64,000 bases of DNA, from the NCBI RefSeq assembly GCF_009914755.1, contig NC_060937.1. The stretch is one strand, 5' to 3'. Both the position numbers and the translations under genes were made by a program. Shown piece after piece: positions 13,441 to 25,320 of this stretch. The notes beneath the pieces are model-generated. The model ran no database searches, was not told the DNA's origin, and saw only the letters and a list, made by a program, of their open reading frames with translations. How positions within the stretch are numbered: position 1 is the stretch's first letter; every line of letters begins with the position of its first letter. The DNA is from the human T2T-CHM13v2.0 reference genome, Homo sapiens.

Positions 13441-13993
13441 TGGTGATGAATAGGAGAAATGAACTTATATTTTGTGGGCACTGTCCATTATTCTTTCCAC
13501 TATTTCTTGCTACTGGTAAGGGTAGGTATAAAAGATCCTAAAGTTGTGACTAATGAGGATTTTCATGGCAGACAACTGCCTCTACCTCAACATGGGCTGC
13601 TCTCTTGGCTTGGAAGACACCACTCTCCTGGCTGTCCTCTTCCCTCTCTAGTCCCTCCTCAGCCTCCTCTTGTGGATTCTCCTTCTTTATTCTACCTCAA
13701 GGCTTCTCAGGCCTTGGTCATGGTTAATAAAATAAGTGTTGCATTTCCAACAGCTAAGTGTGTACTTACCAATGGCTATAATTGGAGATTTAGGATTTAA
13801 TGAAGACTAAAGGAGTTTTAATTCCAAATTTTCCAGATTAACTCTGAATTGTGACAGTGGACAGATCAGAGGTGAACTTAGGGTGAATTATTTGAGCATG
13901 CTGTGGAAGGCTTCCTCAAACTGAACAGCCTTCTGTTATTCAATTCATTAAATGACGATTCTATTCCAGGCATTGTACTAGTCACTGATATAC

Positions 13994-14360
13994 TGCTGTG
14001 GTCTGAATGTTTACATTCCTCCAAAATTTACGTATTGCAATCCTCACCCCCAAGGTGATGGTATTAGGAGGTGGGAATTTGGGGAGGAGATTGGGTCAAG
14101 AGGGCAGAGCCCTCATAATTGGAATTAGTGCTCTTATAAGAAGGTCCGAGGGAGCTTGTTTGTTCCTTGCACCATGTGAGAACACAGCTAGAAGTCACTG
14201 TCTATGAGGAGTGGGCCCTCATCACACAGCACTGAATCTGCCAGTGCTTTTATCTTGGACTTCCCAGTCTCTAGAACTGTGAGAATTAAATGCTTGTTGT
14301 TTATAAACCACTGAGTTTATGATATTTCTTTATAGCTGCCTGAAAGAACAGACTAAGACA
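13994..14360 (+). mobile_element. ERVL-MaLR solo LTR (MLT1A0-like), inserted in an L2 remnant
   Basis: Begins 'tgctgtggtctgaatgttt' and ends 'gactaagaca'; internal 'ccccaaggtgatggtattaggaggtggg' and 'cttggacttcccagtctctagaactgtgaga'. 5-bp TSD-like flanks tatac/gatac. Confidence 0.92.
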
Positions 14361-15734
14361 GATACCAAAGTTAAGAAGATAACCTTTGTCCTTAAGGAGC
14401 TCCCTGTCTACCAGGGAATAGAAAGGTATAAACAAACACTGCAATTACAAAGTAAAATAAAAGGGTCCTATATTTAGAGCTCCATAAAAGGTATACTGGG
14501 AGTACAAAGGAAAAAGTGGTTCATTTATACCAGCTCCCCCTTCCTAGCCCAATTCCAGTGTTGGGGAGTGGGCCTCATGAGGGATGTGACTCCAGGGGAC
14601 TTTGCAGGCGGTAGCAGGTGGAAAGGGTAAAGAACAGTCCAGAAAAAGGAGGTGTGTGTGCACTTTGCTAATATGTCTATTAGTGTGCTAGTCATTCTGG
14701 AAAGAACTTGTGTCATTTATTCCTCAAAGACCCTAATCCATCTCAGTTATAAGATCGAGTAGATGGAAACCCTCTGAGCATTTATTTGTAATTTGCCATA
14801 ATACCTGTAAAGAGCATTGGAAAAAAATGCAATAATATTACTGAAACTTTTATTAAATGAATGTATAATTATAGATGGATAAAGCCATATTTTATAGGTA
14901 TCATTAACATTCAAACTAATTGGGGGAGAAGTTATCTCTATTCACCTGGTAAAGAAACGATTTAAAGAGTTAAAATGACATACTCAAGGTCTCAGAGGTA
15001 GTAAGTGGAGAAGATGGAATCTGACGTGGGGTATCTTGATTCAAAATGTATTATTTCCACTGAATTATTTCCCTTTTCTTTTTTGTCTATAATGTCATAC
15101 TTTGATATCTGTCAATCTGGTGAGCCAAGTTGCCACTAAAAATATTTGTCTCAGTTTCTCTGTCTCTCAGATACAAATTTAATATGTTGTGAAATATATG
15201 GATCATTTTTTAAGTCCTGAATTTTAAATTAATGGTGAAAGAGCTGTTTACACGGAACAGCAGGTTGCAAATCAACAGCTTATCAAGGTCACATAAAATA
15301 AGTACTCTGCTTTGCATTTTGATCCGTTTATGTCTTTAAAAAGTAATCTCCTTCACCTTTTGGTGTCCTATGAATCTGGAAAAATATTCTTTGTGAACAG
15401 CAGTGACAGGAGGTGAGTTGGCTACAAGAATAGGCTAGAAATGTTTAGAAATGAGAAAAATCATTTAAAGCAAGAGCAGAAGGCAGGGTCTGTGGGGTAA
15501 AACAGCTTCATCGATAGAATTAAAGAACTGTAAGCCACAATTCTTGAGATTTATAACAGAAATATACTAATTATGCTATTTTAGAATTATGTTACTTCTT
15601 CAGCATTCAGTAACTGACAAACCAGCCAAATATAGCATATGTTATGTCCTCCCTCCTGTGACCTGTCCAATGGCTATCTCGTTACTCATGAGAACCTGCT
15701 AGAGAAAGAGCACAGAGAAGTCAGATCTCATCAA

Positions 15735-15965
15735 TCCAGTGATATCAAGAGGACAGTCTGAATTCAGATAACTGACTCCACCTCTTTCTGGCTGAAACAC
15801 ATTGGCAAATTACCTAAGCTCTCTAAAACTCTGTTTCTCCACCTGCAAGATAGTCAGTATGGCAGTAATTCCCAACTCACAGGGTCATTATAAGGGCTAA
15901 ACAAAAGAATGAATGCAAAAATTCTGACACATAAAAAATGCTCAATTAACTGATACTATTATTAG
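15735..15965 (+). mobile_element. MIR SINE
   Basis: 'ggcaaattacctaagctctctaaaactctgtttctccacctgcaaga...aatgctcaattaactgatactattatt'. Confidence 0.7.
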
Positions 15966-17142
15966 CTGTTGCTGATTGTGATAGAGAAAATAGCCTGAGA
16001 CTAAAGTGCAAACTATATTAGAGTGTGCTGTGGTTTATGTAGGGATTTTATTTTTATTTTTTCTAATCCTTATTCCCACTTGTTTTGCTAATCAATAGAA
16101 AGAGGCAGACTACTATAAACATGAAATTAAATAAATGAATCCCTCAATAATTTACACCTAAGTATCCAAAGTCATGTATTACACATACATTGAACAAACC
16201 TAACTACAGTTAACATTAAATGTTTAACATGTTTTTATTTTAGCTATTAGGTGATTAAAAGTAGAAAAAAAATCACAGTCATATGGAGCTACAAGCTGAA
16301 GAAAAGAATAAAACTAAAAATAACTTTCACATCCACATCAACAACAACTTTACCTAAACAGTAAGTTGCAATGCTATATATCCTATCAAGCTATCACAAG
16401 AAATTTAAATAAGAAATAACTCTAGGCAAACATTCAGTGACAATTATATTCTGTTAGGTTTTTTATTTATTGCTAATAAAACTACCACATCTACAATGTT
16501 TTATTTTCAGAGAAGCATTTGCAAATATCAGTCTGAACCCTTCTCTTTTATTTTGACATATAGAAATAAAACATAAAATTATGAATAATTAACAAGTTGA
16601 TTTTAGGTGAAAATGTAAGAATTCTAAATCCCAAGTCATAAGAGCAATTATGATCTTCTCTTGATTCCCTTAGTATAGCTAATGTATATTTTAACATATA
16701 TTTTGACACAAAAATAAACACGATGTAAATCGTTGTAGACTTATTTCTTCAGGCTTTTCTTTTACAATTGCTTTAAGTTAAACACCCTGTAACACATGCC
16801 ATGTGGGAAAGAAATGCCTTTATAGATGAGTATTAGAAAACCCTGAATAAAAAATTACTTTTATATTTGATGACAATAAAGTAGTAGTTTTATCTTGAAA
16901 TGTGCTTATATATTAGGTGAAACAGGAGAGGCTTTAACCAAATTATATGCTGGTCCAAAAGGAGTGTCCCCCACCTTTTCCGGTGCTGCCTGCTCTGCCT
17001 GAGACATCCGTGCAGCCCTCCCTTCTTCCCCTGAGGTCTTGCCCCTCTCACTTTCTCAGTGCAGCCTCCTCTGGTCCCACCTCACACCATTCCCTTATGA
17101 CTCATTTTTCTACCAAAGCATTCCTCAGCGTCTAATATGCCA

Positions 17143-17446
<304 letters not shown>

Positions 17447-17615
17447 TCATTTTTTTATTTAACTTGCTTTTTTTTGTCTAGCTTCCCCCACTGGAATGCA
17501 AGTTCCACCAGGGCAGGGACTTTTACCTGTTTTGTTCACAGCTGTACCCCCAGCACCTATAACAGAGCCTGCTACTAGGAAGAGCTTGAATTAAATTGTT
17601 AAGCAAATGAGTGAA
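17447..17615 (+). mobile_element. L2 3' end
   Basis: 'ccccactggaatgcaagttccaccagggcagggac...tgttcacagctgtacccccagcacct'. Confidence 0.85.
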
Positions 17616-17989
17616 CTTGGGAGATCATCTCTGGTGCAACTCCCTAATTCTGTAGATGAAACACGTGACTCCCCATAGCTGAAGATGGAGTCAGATAAGA
17701 GAATCTTCTATGACATCATACTGCCTATATAAATTAGTAGAAAACCCAGCCACTGTTCCAGGAAGCTTACTCTTGTCGACACACAACCCAGACACTTTTC
17801 CAGGAAGCTTACTGTTGTTGACACACAAAACAATGAGGTCAGTGAGTAACTGAAGCCTCTATTTGCATCATGCTGACTTTTAATGTGCTTCTAATTGGTT
17901 TCTCGTCAAGTTTTTAAACATCTATCTTCAACTGTTAAATAAACTATGCTCTTCCATATTTGACTACTATATGGTAGACAACTGTCCAC

Positions 17990-18612
17990 CTTACATGAGG
18001 TATCTAGATTAGTCAAAATCAGAGACAGAAAGTAGAAAGGTGGTTGCCAGGGACTGGGGAAAGTGGAGAATGTGGAGTGGTTTAACAGGCAGAGTTTGGG
18101 TTTTGCAAGATGGAAAGAGCTCTAGAGATGGAAGGTGGTGATGGTTGTACACATCACCACCATCAATGTGAAGGTACTTCATACCACAGAAACATACACT
18201 TAAATGTGAAGGTACTTAATACCATGGAAATATACGCTTAAATGTGAAGGTACTTAATACCATGGAAATATACACTTAAATGTGAAGGTACTTAATACCA
18301 TGGAAATATACACTTAAATGTGAAGGTACTTAATACCATGGAAATATACACCTAAATGTGAAGGTACTTAGTACCATGGAAACATACACTTAAATGTGAA
18401 GGTACCTAGTACCATGGAAGCATACACTTAAATGTGAAGATACTTAATACCATGAAAACATACACTTAAATGTGAAGGTACTTAATACCATGGAAATATA
18501 CACTTAAATGTGAAGGTACTTAGTACCATGGAAATATACACTTAAAAATGGTTAAGATGGCACATTTTATGTTATGTGCATTTTACTATAATTAAAAATA
18601 AAATAAAATAAT
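17990..18612 (+). mobile_element. L1MB-type LINE-1 3' end, interrupted by a minisatellite
   Basis: 'atgaggtatctag...gagacagaaagtagaaaggtggttgccaggg...gagatggaaggtggtgatggttg...cacttaaaaatggttaagatgg...ttttatgttatgtg', then an A-rich tail. Confidence 0.88.
18165..18544. repeat. Minisatellite/VNTR, 10 copies of a 38-bp unit (aatgtgaaggtacttaataccatggaaatatacactta)
   Basis: Unit starts counted at 18165, 18203, 18241 ... 18507; only a few substitutions per copy. Confidence 0.97.
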
Positions 18613-19416
18613 TTTTTAAATAATAGGCAATTTTCAACATTTTTTTCTGAAATGTTGAGAGATTACATTACTATCTTCACAGTGTTCAGAATTATTCTCT
18701 CAAGTTCTGTACATACTTCATTAATATATATACATATATATGTCAGACACATTGAATGCATATTAGTCATAAATTACATCTGAGCTTATGAAACATACAC
18801 GTTTGTCATCTCCCCAGCGATGTGTATGAGTTATGACATTGGAACCTGGAATTCCATTTACTTTCTGTGTATGGAGAAGCCATGTGTAGAAAAGACTGTA
18901 TGGATGAGTGATACTTTAAAGCACTGTTTGGGTAGGAGAAGTAAAGTCTTGTTATTATCAGAGGAACATGAACTCTGCTTCATGTGCAGCTATATCTCAG
19001 GTTTCCACATAGAATACAGTATCTGTCATACTGAGAGCTCCCACAGAACAAGATTATTTTGTCTGGCCAAACCAATGTATCATTTGAAAATTATCTGATT
19101 TATAAATTTGGTTTACTCACAAAGTCTACTGCATATATGCCCAGTGAATTTCTGAAACAAAAAACACAAAATCATTTGGCAGCATTTATTCCTTTGGAAG
19201 CTATATTTTGGGATCTATTTATATTTTTCTGTAATGTTTAATCATGCCAAACAATATGATCCATTAATCATGTAGGATAATATTAAAATTCCAGTGTGTC
19301 ATTAAAGTTTTACAAATGAATCAATTAAAGTTATGAATAATTCAGAGATCTAATATCCACTTAGCTGTCAATATAACCAAATACAATCATTCACTGAAAA
19401 TTTTTTGCTTTGTTCT

Positions 19417-19560
19417 TTGCTGCTCAAAGTTTGGTCTGTGAGCCATAAGTGCCCTGGTCACCTGGGAACTTGTTTGAGGTAGAAAACCCCAGGCACCACC
19501 TACATCTCATGTAACAAAATCCTTAGCTGATTCGTGCGCACCTTAACATTTGAGAAGGGC
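19417..19560. mobile_element. MER5-type hAT-Charlie DNA transposon remnant
   Basis: 'tgctgctcaaagtttggtc...cacctgggaacttgtt...ctgattcgtgcgcaccttaacatttgagaa'. Confidence 0.65.
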
Positions 19561-19759
19561 TTCCTAGGGATATATAAAGATATACCATACAAATGTTGCA
19601 AATTTATGGTCAAAAAGGATCAGGATCAGGGAAGAAAATTTGTTTATTTTTTAATCCCTTATTTCTTAGCTTGTAAAACATATTTTCTAGAGAAAAATGT
19701 GTCTCTTCAAGGCAACTGGATATTTTGATGCAAGATCCCTGACTTTAAAACTTTGGGAT

Positions 19760-20319
19760 TGTCAGAGGCACTGAAACCAGAGTGACTCTATCTTGAATAG
19801 GTGCTGGGTAAAATGAGGCTGAGACCTGCTGGGCTGCATTCCCAGGTGAGGCATTTTTAGGCACAGGATGTTTACAATTCAGGGAACAGATTCGTAATAT
19901 TTACCCAATAGACCCAGGACTTGTAACAGACCCAGCAAAAGTCCTGATGTCCCAATATCTTAACAGTAAAAGCATTCATAGTTTAAGAATTAGTTTTGCT
20001 TTAAAGATAGTAACATAAATTCTTGTGGAAGATAATAGTTACACAAAGCTTGGCAATCCTTTGTCAGGAACCTTTGTAGTAGAGCACACCTTCCCCATGA
20101 CTTTTTGCTCTGTTGTCTTATACGTAAACAAGCTTCAAACCTAAGGTGAGTGCGTCCCTCCTCTTGCTTTGGGGAATGCCCTGCTCTGTCTATTCTTTCA
20201 TCTCTTAACTTTCTAATAAACTTCTTTCACTTTACTTTGTGGACTTGCCCGAATTATTCGTTGCACAAGATCTAAGAACCCTCTCTTGGGGTCTGGATCA
20301 GGACCCCTTTCTGGTAACA
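19760..20319 (+). mobile_element. MER41-family ERV1 solo LTR
   Basis: Termini 'tgtcagaggc...tcttgaatagg.gctgggtaaaatgaggctgagacct' and 'ctctcttggggtctggatcaggacccctttctggtaaca'. AATAAA near 20215. Perfect 4-bp TSD ggat at 19756-59 and 20320-23. Confidence 0.92.
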
Positions 20320-23300
20320 GGATCAGCAGATCAGGGATGAGAACAGGAAAAAATGATTAAGAATGGCCTAAAATTACAGGCCTTTGCAGAAGGAAAATCC
20401 TTCAACAGACTCAGGAAGACTTTTGCTTGCAGTAAATAGCCCATCAATGCCTGCTGACCCTTTGACAGACTGAGAACTCTCACCGGACGCAAACAGGAAG
20501 CCTGAACCTATTTGAAGAGCAAACGACTGGTGGCACAAATAGAACGAGGTGCACTGTCCCGGGAAGCCAAACAGTACAAGTGAGTGGAGTTTTCCAGGCT
20601 GTGGAAAGAAGAGCCTGATCTCGGGCTAGTGCCTGGTTTCCCTCCCCCAGGACTGTGCATTGTCCACCCTCTAAAGGACCTCTGGAATAGGAGTTAGAAA
20701 TGTGCCTGGGGTCAAACAATTCACACTGAGCAAAGAAAGCTAACAAGTAAGCGTGTTTTCTTGCAGCCTCTTAGTAAAGTGGGTGTCTAGTAAGTCCACA
20801 TGGACATAGGATGCGGAACCCTCATTTGCATCATCAGCCTAGAGCAGGTGCAGGGTGATTCCCTTCACTCATGCCGAAGTGAGAAAGGCCCAGAGAAGCC
20901 AGGCTGGAGAGTGCTGAGCTCTCAGAGGGCCTCCCAGCAGGAGGGGACTGGAAAGGCGCTGGAGTGCTGAGAGTTGGTTGCGCAGGACTGCAAAGGACCA
21001 CAGAGGGGGCCGCACTAGGTCCCAAGAATGCCATTCTCCTGTGTGATCACGCCTCACAGGTATTGCTGGCAAGCCAGGCCTAGAGGAGGCTGCCAGGAAC
21101 ACCGCAGGCTGAAGGACTCCCATCTTCTCTGTTGTTTGCTCAGCTTAGTGTTGTCCACCACAAGGAAGACTTTCTGATAGAGCGTTATCTCAACACTCCC
21201 ACTCACCTGAGACCTTCCCACACACATTTGCCGACATTCAAAAACCCTAGAGACTCACATGTCTGCAGAGTGGGGCATTCTTTCTCTGAGAACATCTGAA
21301 AAACGTGAGGTGGGTTCCCTGCATCCGAGCAGCAGGAGGCCCTCTGCACAGAGTAGGGGATTGAGCCGGGTATGTCTTTCTCCAGCCCCAGCAAAAGCCC
21401 CGGAGAGGCTCTGGAAGAGAATAAATCCCTGGGAATAGAGGCTGTCCCTCATCCCTGCGAGGGGCGCATGCCCAGCCCCTTGAGGAGTGGTGAATGTCAC
21501 AGCTCACAATTGAACATCTGTTACTTTGGTGCAAACCCTGTTTCAGCAGAAGGAGTATTTGCACCAGATTTCTAAACTGCTTGGGGTTTTTTACACTTCA
21601 GAAAAAAAAAAAAAAAGAATTACAAACCTGGTTCAAATCAAGCTAAAAATTTTTTGATATTACCAGAATTTTTAAGTCATCTAAGCCATAAATTAAATAC
21701 ATTTCTAAAAAACTGTCTTCAGCCTTTCAAGGAAAAATATGTAAGTGTAGAACTGACCCCTGAACACTCAATCTTCTGTAAATTAACAAATAATAATTAT
21801 GAGTTTAAAATGACAAATCTAAAACATCTTTTAAAAGTGAGGTGTTGATTTCAATAAAGAAGTGATTTGACTTACAACTATATACATATGCAGATTTTTG
21901 GACCACATCTATTGAGGAAATCTGTCTTGGCATTCACTCTAAACTGGTATTAAGGACACATATTACCTAAATAGTCATGTTTTTAAGATCTACTTAAGTT
22001 TCAATTATGCAGCTATTTATACTCCCCTAAATCTAGTTAGTTACCATTTATGTACCTGGGATGTGCTTCATGGGCAACGTTTTCTTTATTATCATTGAAT
22101 TTGTGTCTTAATTGAATTGCATGCTTACTAAATGAAATAATTGGAACATAAGAAATTTGTATTGTAAAGGCTGCACTCAGTCAAAATATTCTAAAATATA
22201 TTAAAGAAAGGATTTAACAAGAATATACAAAGTGATGGCTTTAAGAGATGAGATAAAGGTTAATCCAAGGATTAACAAATGCCACAATTCAAAATAAAAC
22301 AGGTTGCAACTACTTTTCCAGAGATGATTTAAAATGTGTAGAATATAAAGAATGTTTCCATCTTCTGTCCTGTCTTGTATATCCTTTCAACATGCTCTTT
22401 TATTGCAGCGATATTTGTTTTCCGGACTGTTACTCTAAACTGTAGAAGATACACATTTCATCAGCATGCTTGACACTGTTTCTTTCCATTAAAAGCCATT
22501 TATATATCTCACATCTCAATCAGATGATATTTCAGAGAGAAACTGAACTTCCCTCTTTAAGATGTATTTTATGAACACAGTTTATAATAATGTACATATT
22601 TATAAGTTGTCAATGAGTGAGAGCATTATATTTTCACGAGAAGTATTTCCATGTTGTTATAGCCAAGAAGGCAGATTCAAAGTATAGACAGTGATATGGC
22701 AGACAGCCAGGATCATTGATTCATTTTTAGAGCAAATTAGCTGGAGACTTATTAATGTAATTAGTTAGAGATTTATTAATGCTATTTAAACTATTAAAAT
22801 AACCTCACAGTGCTTTTACACAGGTCTCCCCTTATTTTCCCTTACCTCTTGCTCATTTATGTGACTTATGTGTCTGGTTCATGTGTCTGTCCTTAGAAAG
22901 GTAGTACATATAAAATAAAATGCACATTGCTGAAAAGAATAGCAGGACTGAATACAGTTCTGTACACCTATGACCTATGTTGCCTATCTGCTTAATGGAG
23001 TGGAAAGCATGGTGGACTCAAAAGACGATGGAACTCAGAGGCAGAACACTTCACTGCAGCTGAGGAAGAGAAAAGTTCAGTAACTCGCTGGTTAAAAAAA
23101 AACAAAAAACAAAAAACAAAAAACGGTAAATGACAACCCCAAGATCCCAGCCCACATCTGTCAGACTCCAAAGCCCTGAAGTAGCAATTGCATTGTAGAA
23201 ATGTCTATTACCCAGTTACTGTACAGATTTTTCTGTTTCATCATACTGTGGCCAAACTGGTTTTTTTGGGGTTTATATTGCTTGTTTGTTTTCTGTTCAA

Positions 23301-23386
23301 AGAAATGTCTAGTGTACTTATCAGACGAACTAAAGATGATAGAAATTAAAAGCCAAATTATATTTGTTCCATTAGTGCTACAGAAA

Positions 23387-23514
23387 AGTGTTTCTCAAAC
23401 ATTAATCTTGTAAGAAATGCAGATTCTGACTCAATACTTCTGGGTTGGGCATTCCTAGCCAGCTCCCAAGAGATGCTGATGCTTCTGGTGTGAGGACCAC
23501 ACTGAGTAGCAAGG
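23387..23514. mobile_element. MER5A-type DNA transposon remnant
   Basis: 'agtgtttctcaaac...gaaatgcagattctgactca...gatgctgatgcttctggtgtgaggaccacactgagtagca'. Confidence 0.75.
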
Positions 23515-24696
23515 CTTACGGAAGACTCCTACCAATTTTCTGCTTTGGAATTTGAATGAGGCTGGTGAAACTGCTAAATGGGGAACATGCATTTATAGCA
23601 TTAGCTGCACATGTGACTAACAAGTAAAAAATAAAGATTATGAAATAATGCCCCTAACCAAAAGTGGTCCCTTTGATTTCTGGAGCTCTGCAAATGAATG
23701 GAGCCACTAAATGACCAAGAAAACCTGGACACAGTTTTCCTGGGTTTTATGACTCAGTATTTACTTTTCTTACTGCAACCCTTCTGATATTGTCTTAATT
23801 ATTTCTGATTCCCTCCTTCACAACAGGTCATCTTCCAAAAAGAGGACCAGAATGTCCTTTTTTAAACACAAAGTTTAAGAAAATACACCTTTAACAAATG
23901 TCACTGGAAGCAGAAAAATCATCCAAAGTATGTAATTAGGATCAAGAAATCTAGAATGTAATTTTACAAGATAAATGCAAAGGATATATTAGCATTTTGT
24001 TCTGATTGGGGAAAGGCTCTCTTTAAAAGGCACACTTATAAAATGTGTTATTTTACAATGGAAATTTTAACACAATGCTTTTACCACTTCATAGCATAGT
24101 CTATCTCAAGAATATTACCAGAAATGCTGGCTGTCTCCTTGCACCTGCATTGTTATTTTTTATCAGCATCATAGGGAGAAAATGCTTCTTACAGATAACA
24201 TATATAACTCTCAGCAAGATTATGAACAGGAGTTTAGAAGGTACAGATAAAATATCTCTATATATAGCGATCTTAATTCAAAACAGAATATAAAGCATAT
24301 GGCCAACCAAATGCAGTCATTCTGTTATCTTTGCTACTCCCTGCTCTATAAAATAATGCTTTCCCCGGCTCACACATTATATAATAAAGACATGTCTTCA
24401 CTCTGCAAAGCATGCTTTCCTTGCCTACCTCTACTGTTAACATTGCTCAACTAAAATAAACATTTCCCGGCAAATTCAAGAGCTGATATTTGCATCTTTC
24501 AAAATAATAGACCAATTTTCTGCTTCCCACCATATCTGGTTTATAGTCTCCCTCTTTCATAGAAAAACACCCTTTCTTGGAAAACACACAACTTGTAAGG
24601 ACAACTACTGCAGTGCCAGTTCTCCTCAGCTATGAACTACTCAGTAAGTATTGCTGGAAGAAACAGCTACAGGAGAGGAAAGATAAATACCTACCA

Positions 24697-24765
24697 TTTA
24701 AAAATGACTAAAAGAGTATAATTGGAATGTTTGTAACACATAAAATTTTTTAAAACATTTTTTTG
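24697..24765 (+). mobile_element. Very short L1MA 3' fragment with 12-bp TSD
   Basis: 'aaaatgactaaaagagtataattggaatgtttgtaacaca' matches the reverse complement of part of the L1MA at 2935-3175. Flanked by aaatacctacca at 24685-96 and 24766-77. Confidence 0.75.
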
Positions 24766-24779
24766 AAATACCTACCACA

Positions 24780-25320
24780 GAATAACATGTAAATTCCAGA
24801 AGGATTGAAGATGCAAACTTTAATGGAATAAACAAAATTAGGAGAAACAATACAAGAGAATAATTTTTACCCTCTTATTTAAAAAAATTATCAAAATACA
24901 TAATAGGAAATGTTTAAGGTCCATAACATGAAAAGTGCTTCTTCAAATCATTAGGAGAAAAGGCAAAGGGCAAAATGTAAAAATAGGCAAGGGTTCTGAA
25001 AAGATAATTCTCAGGGTGGCAGAGGGTGGGGGGAATATGCAAATGTCAAATTAACATGAATAAAGATGTTTGGCTTTACCAGAAATCAGGAAAACACAAA
25101 TTAAAAGAATTCGAGTCTTTATATCCCACCAGACTGATAATGAACAGTGGACGCTTTGATCATTGTAGAGAAAGGGGCACTCATACAGAAAGGGGCACTC
25201 TTGTAGATTCTAGCTAGAAGACTCTGTCGCAATAGCAATCCAATTCCTGGTGATTTTTTTCCCCTTTGCATAGATAGGACAGATTACATGCATGTATGAG
25301 AAAACTTATAACAAAAAAAG
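24780..25320 (+). mobile_element. Old L1M (L1ME-like) ORF2 3' remnant
   Basis: 'aaattccagaaggattgaagatgcaaac', 'atatgcaaatgtcaaattaacatgaa', 'atcaggaaaacacaaattaaa', 'agcaatccaattcctgg'. Confidence 0.55.

Noticed and set aside
18165-18544. CRISPR-like array (38-bp periodicity)
   Set aside because: Units are contiguous with no unique spacers, derive from L1 sequence, and lie in primate DNA with no cas genes.
20400-21560. CpG island promoter
   Set aside because: CpG density by eye is well below that of a true island; kept only as a GC-richer candidate element.
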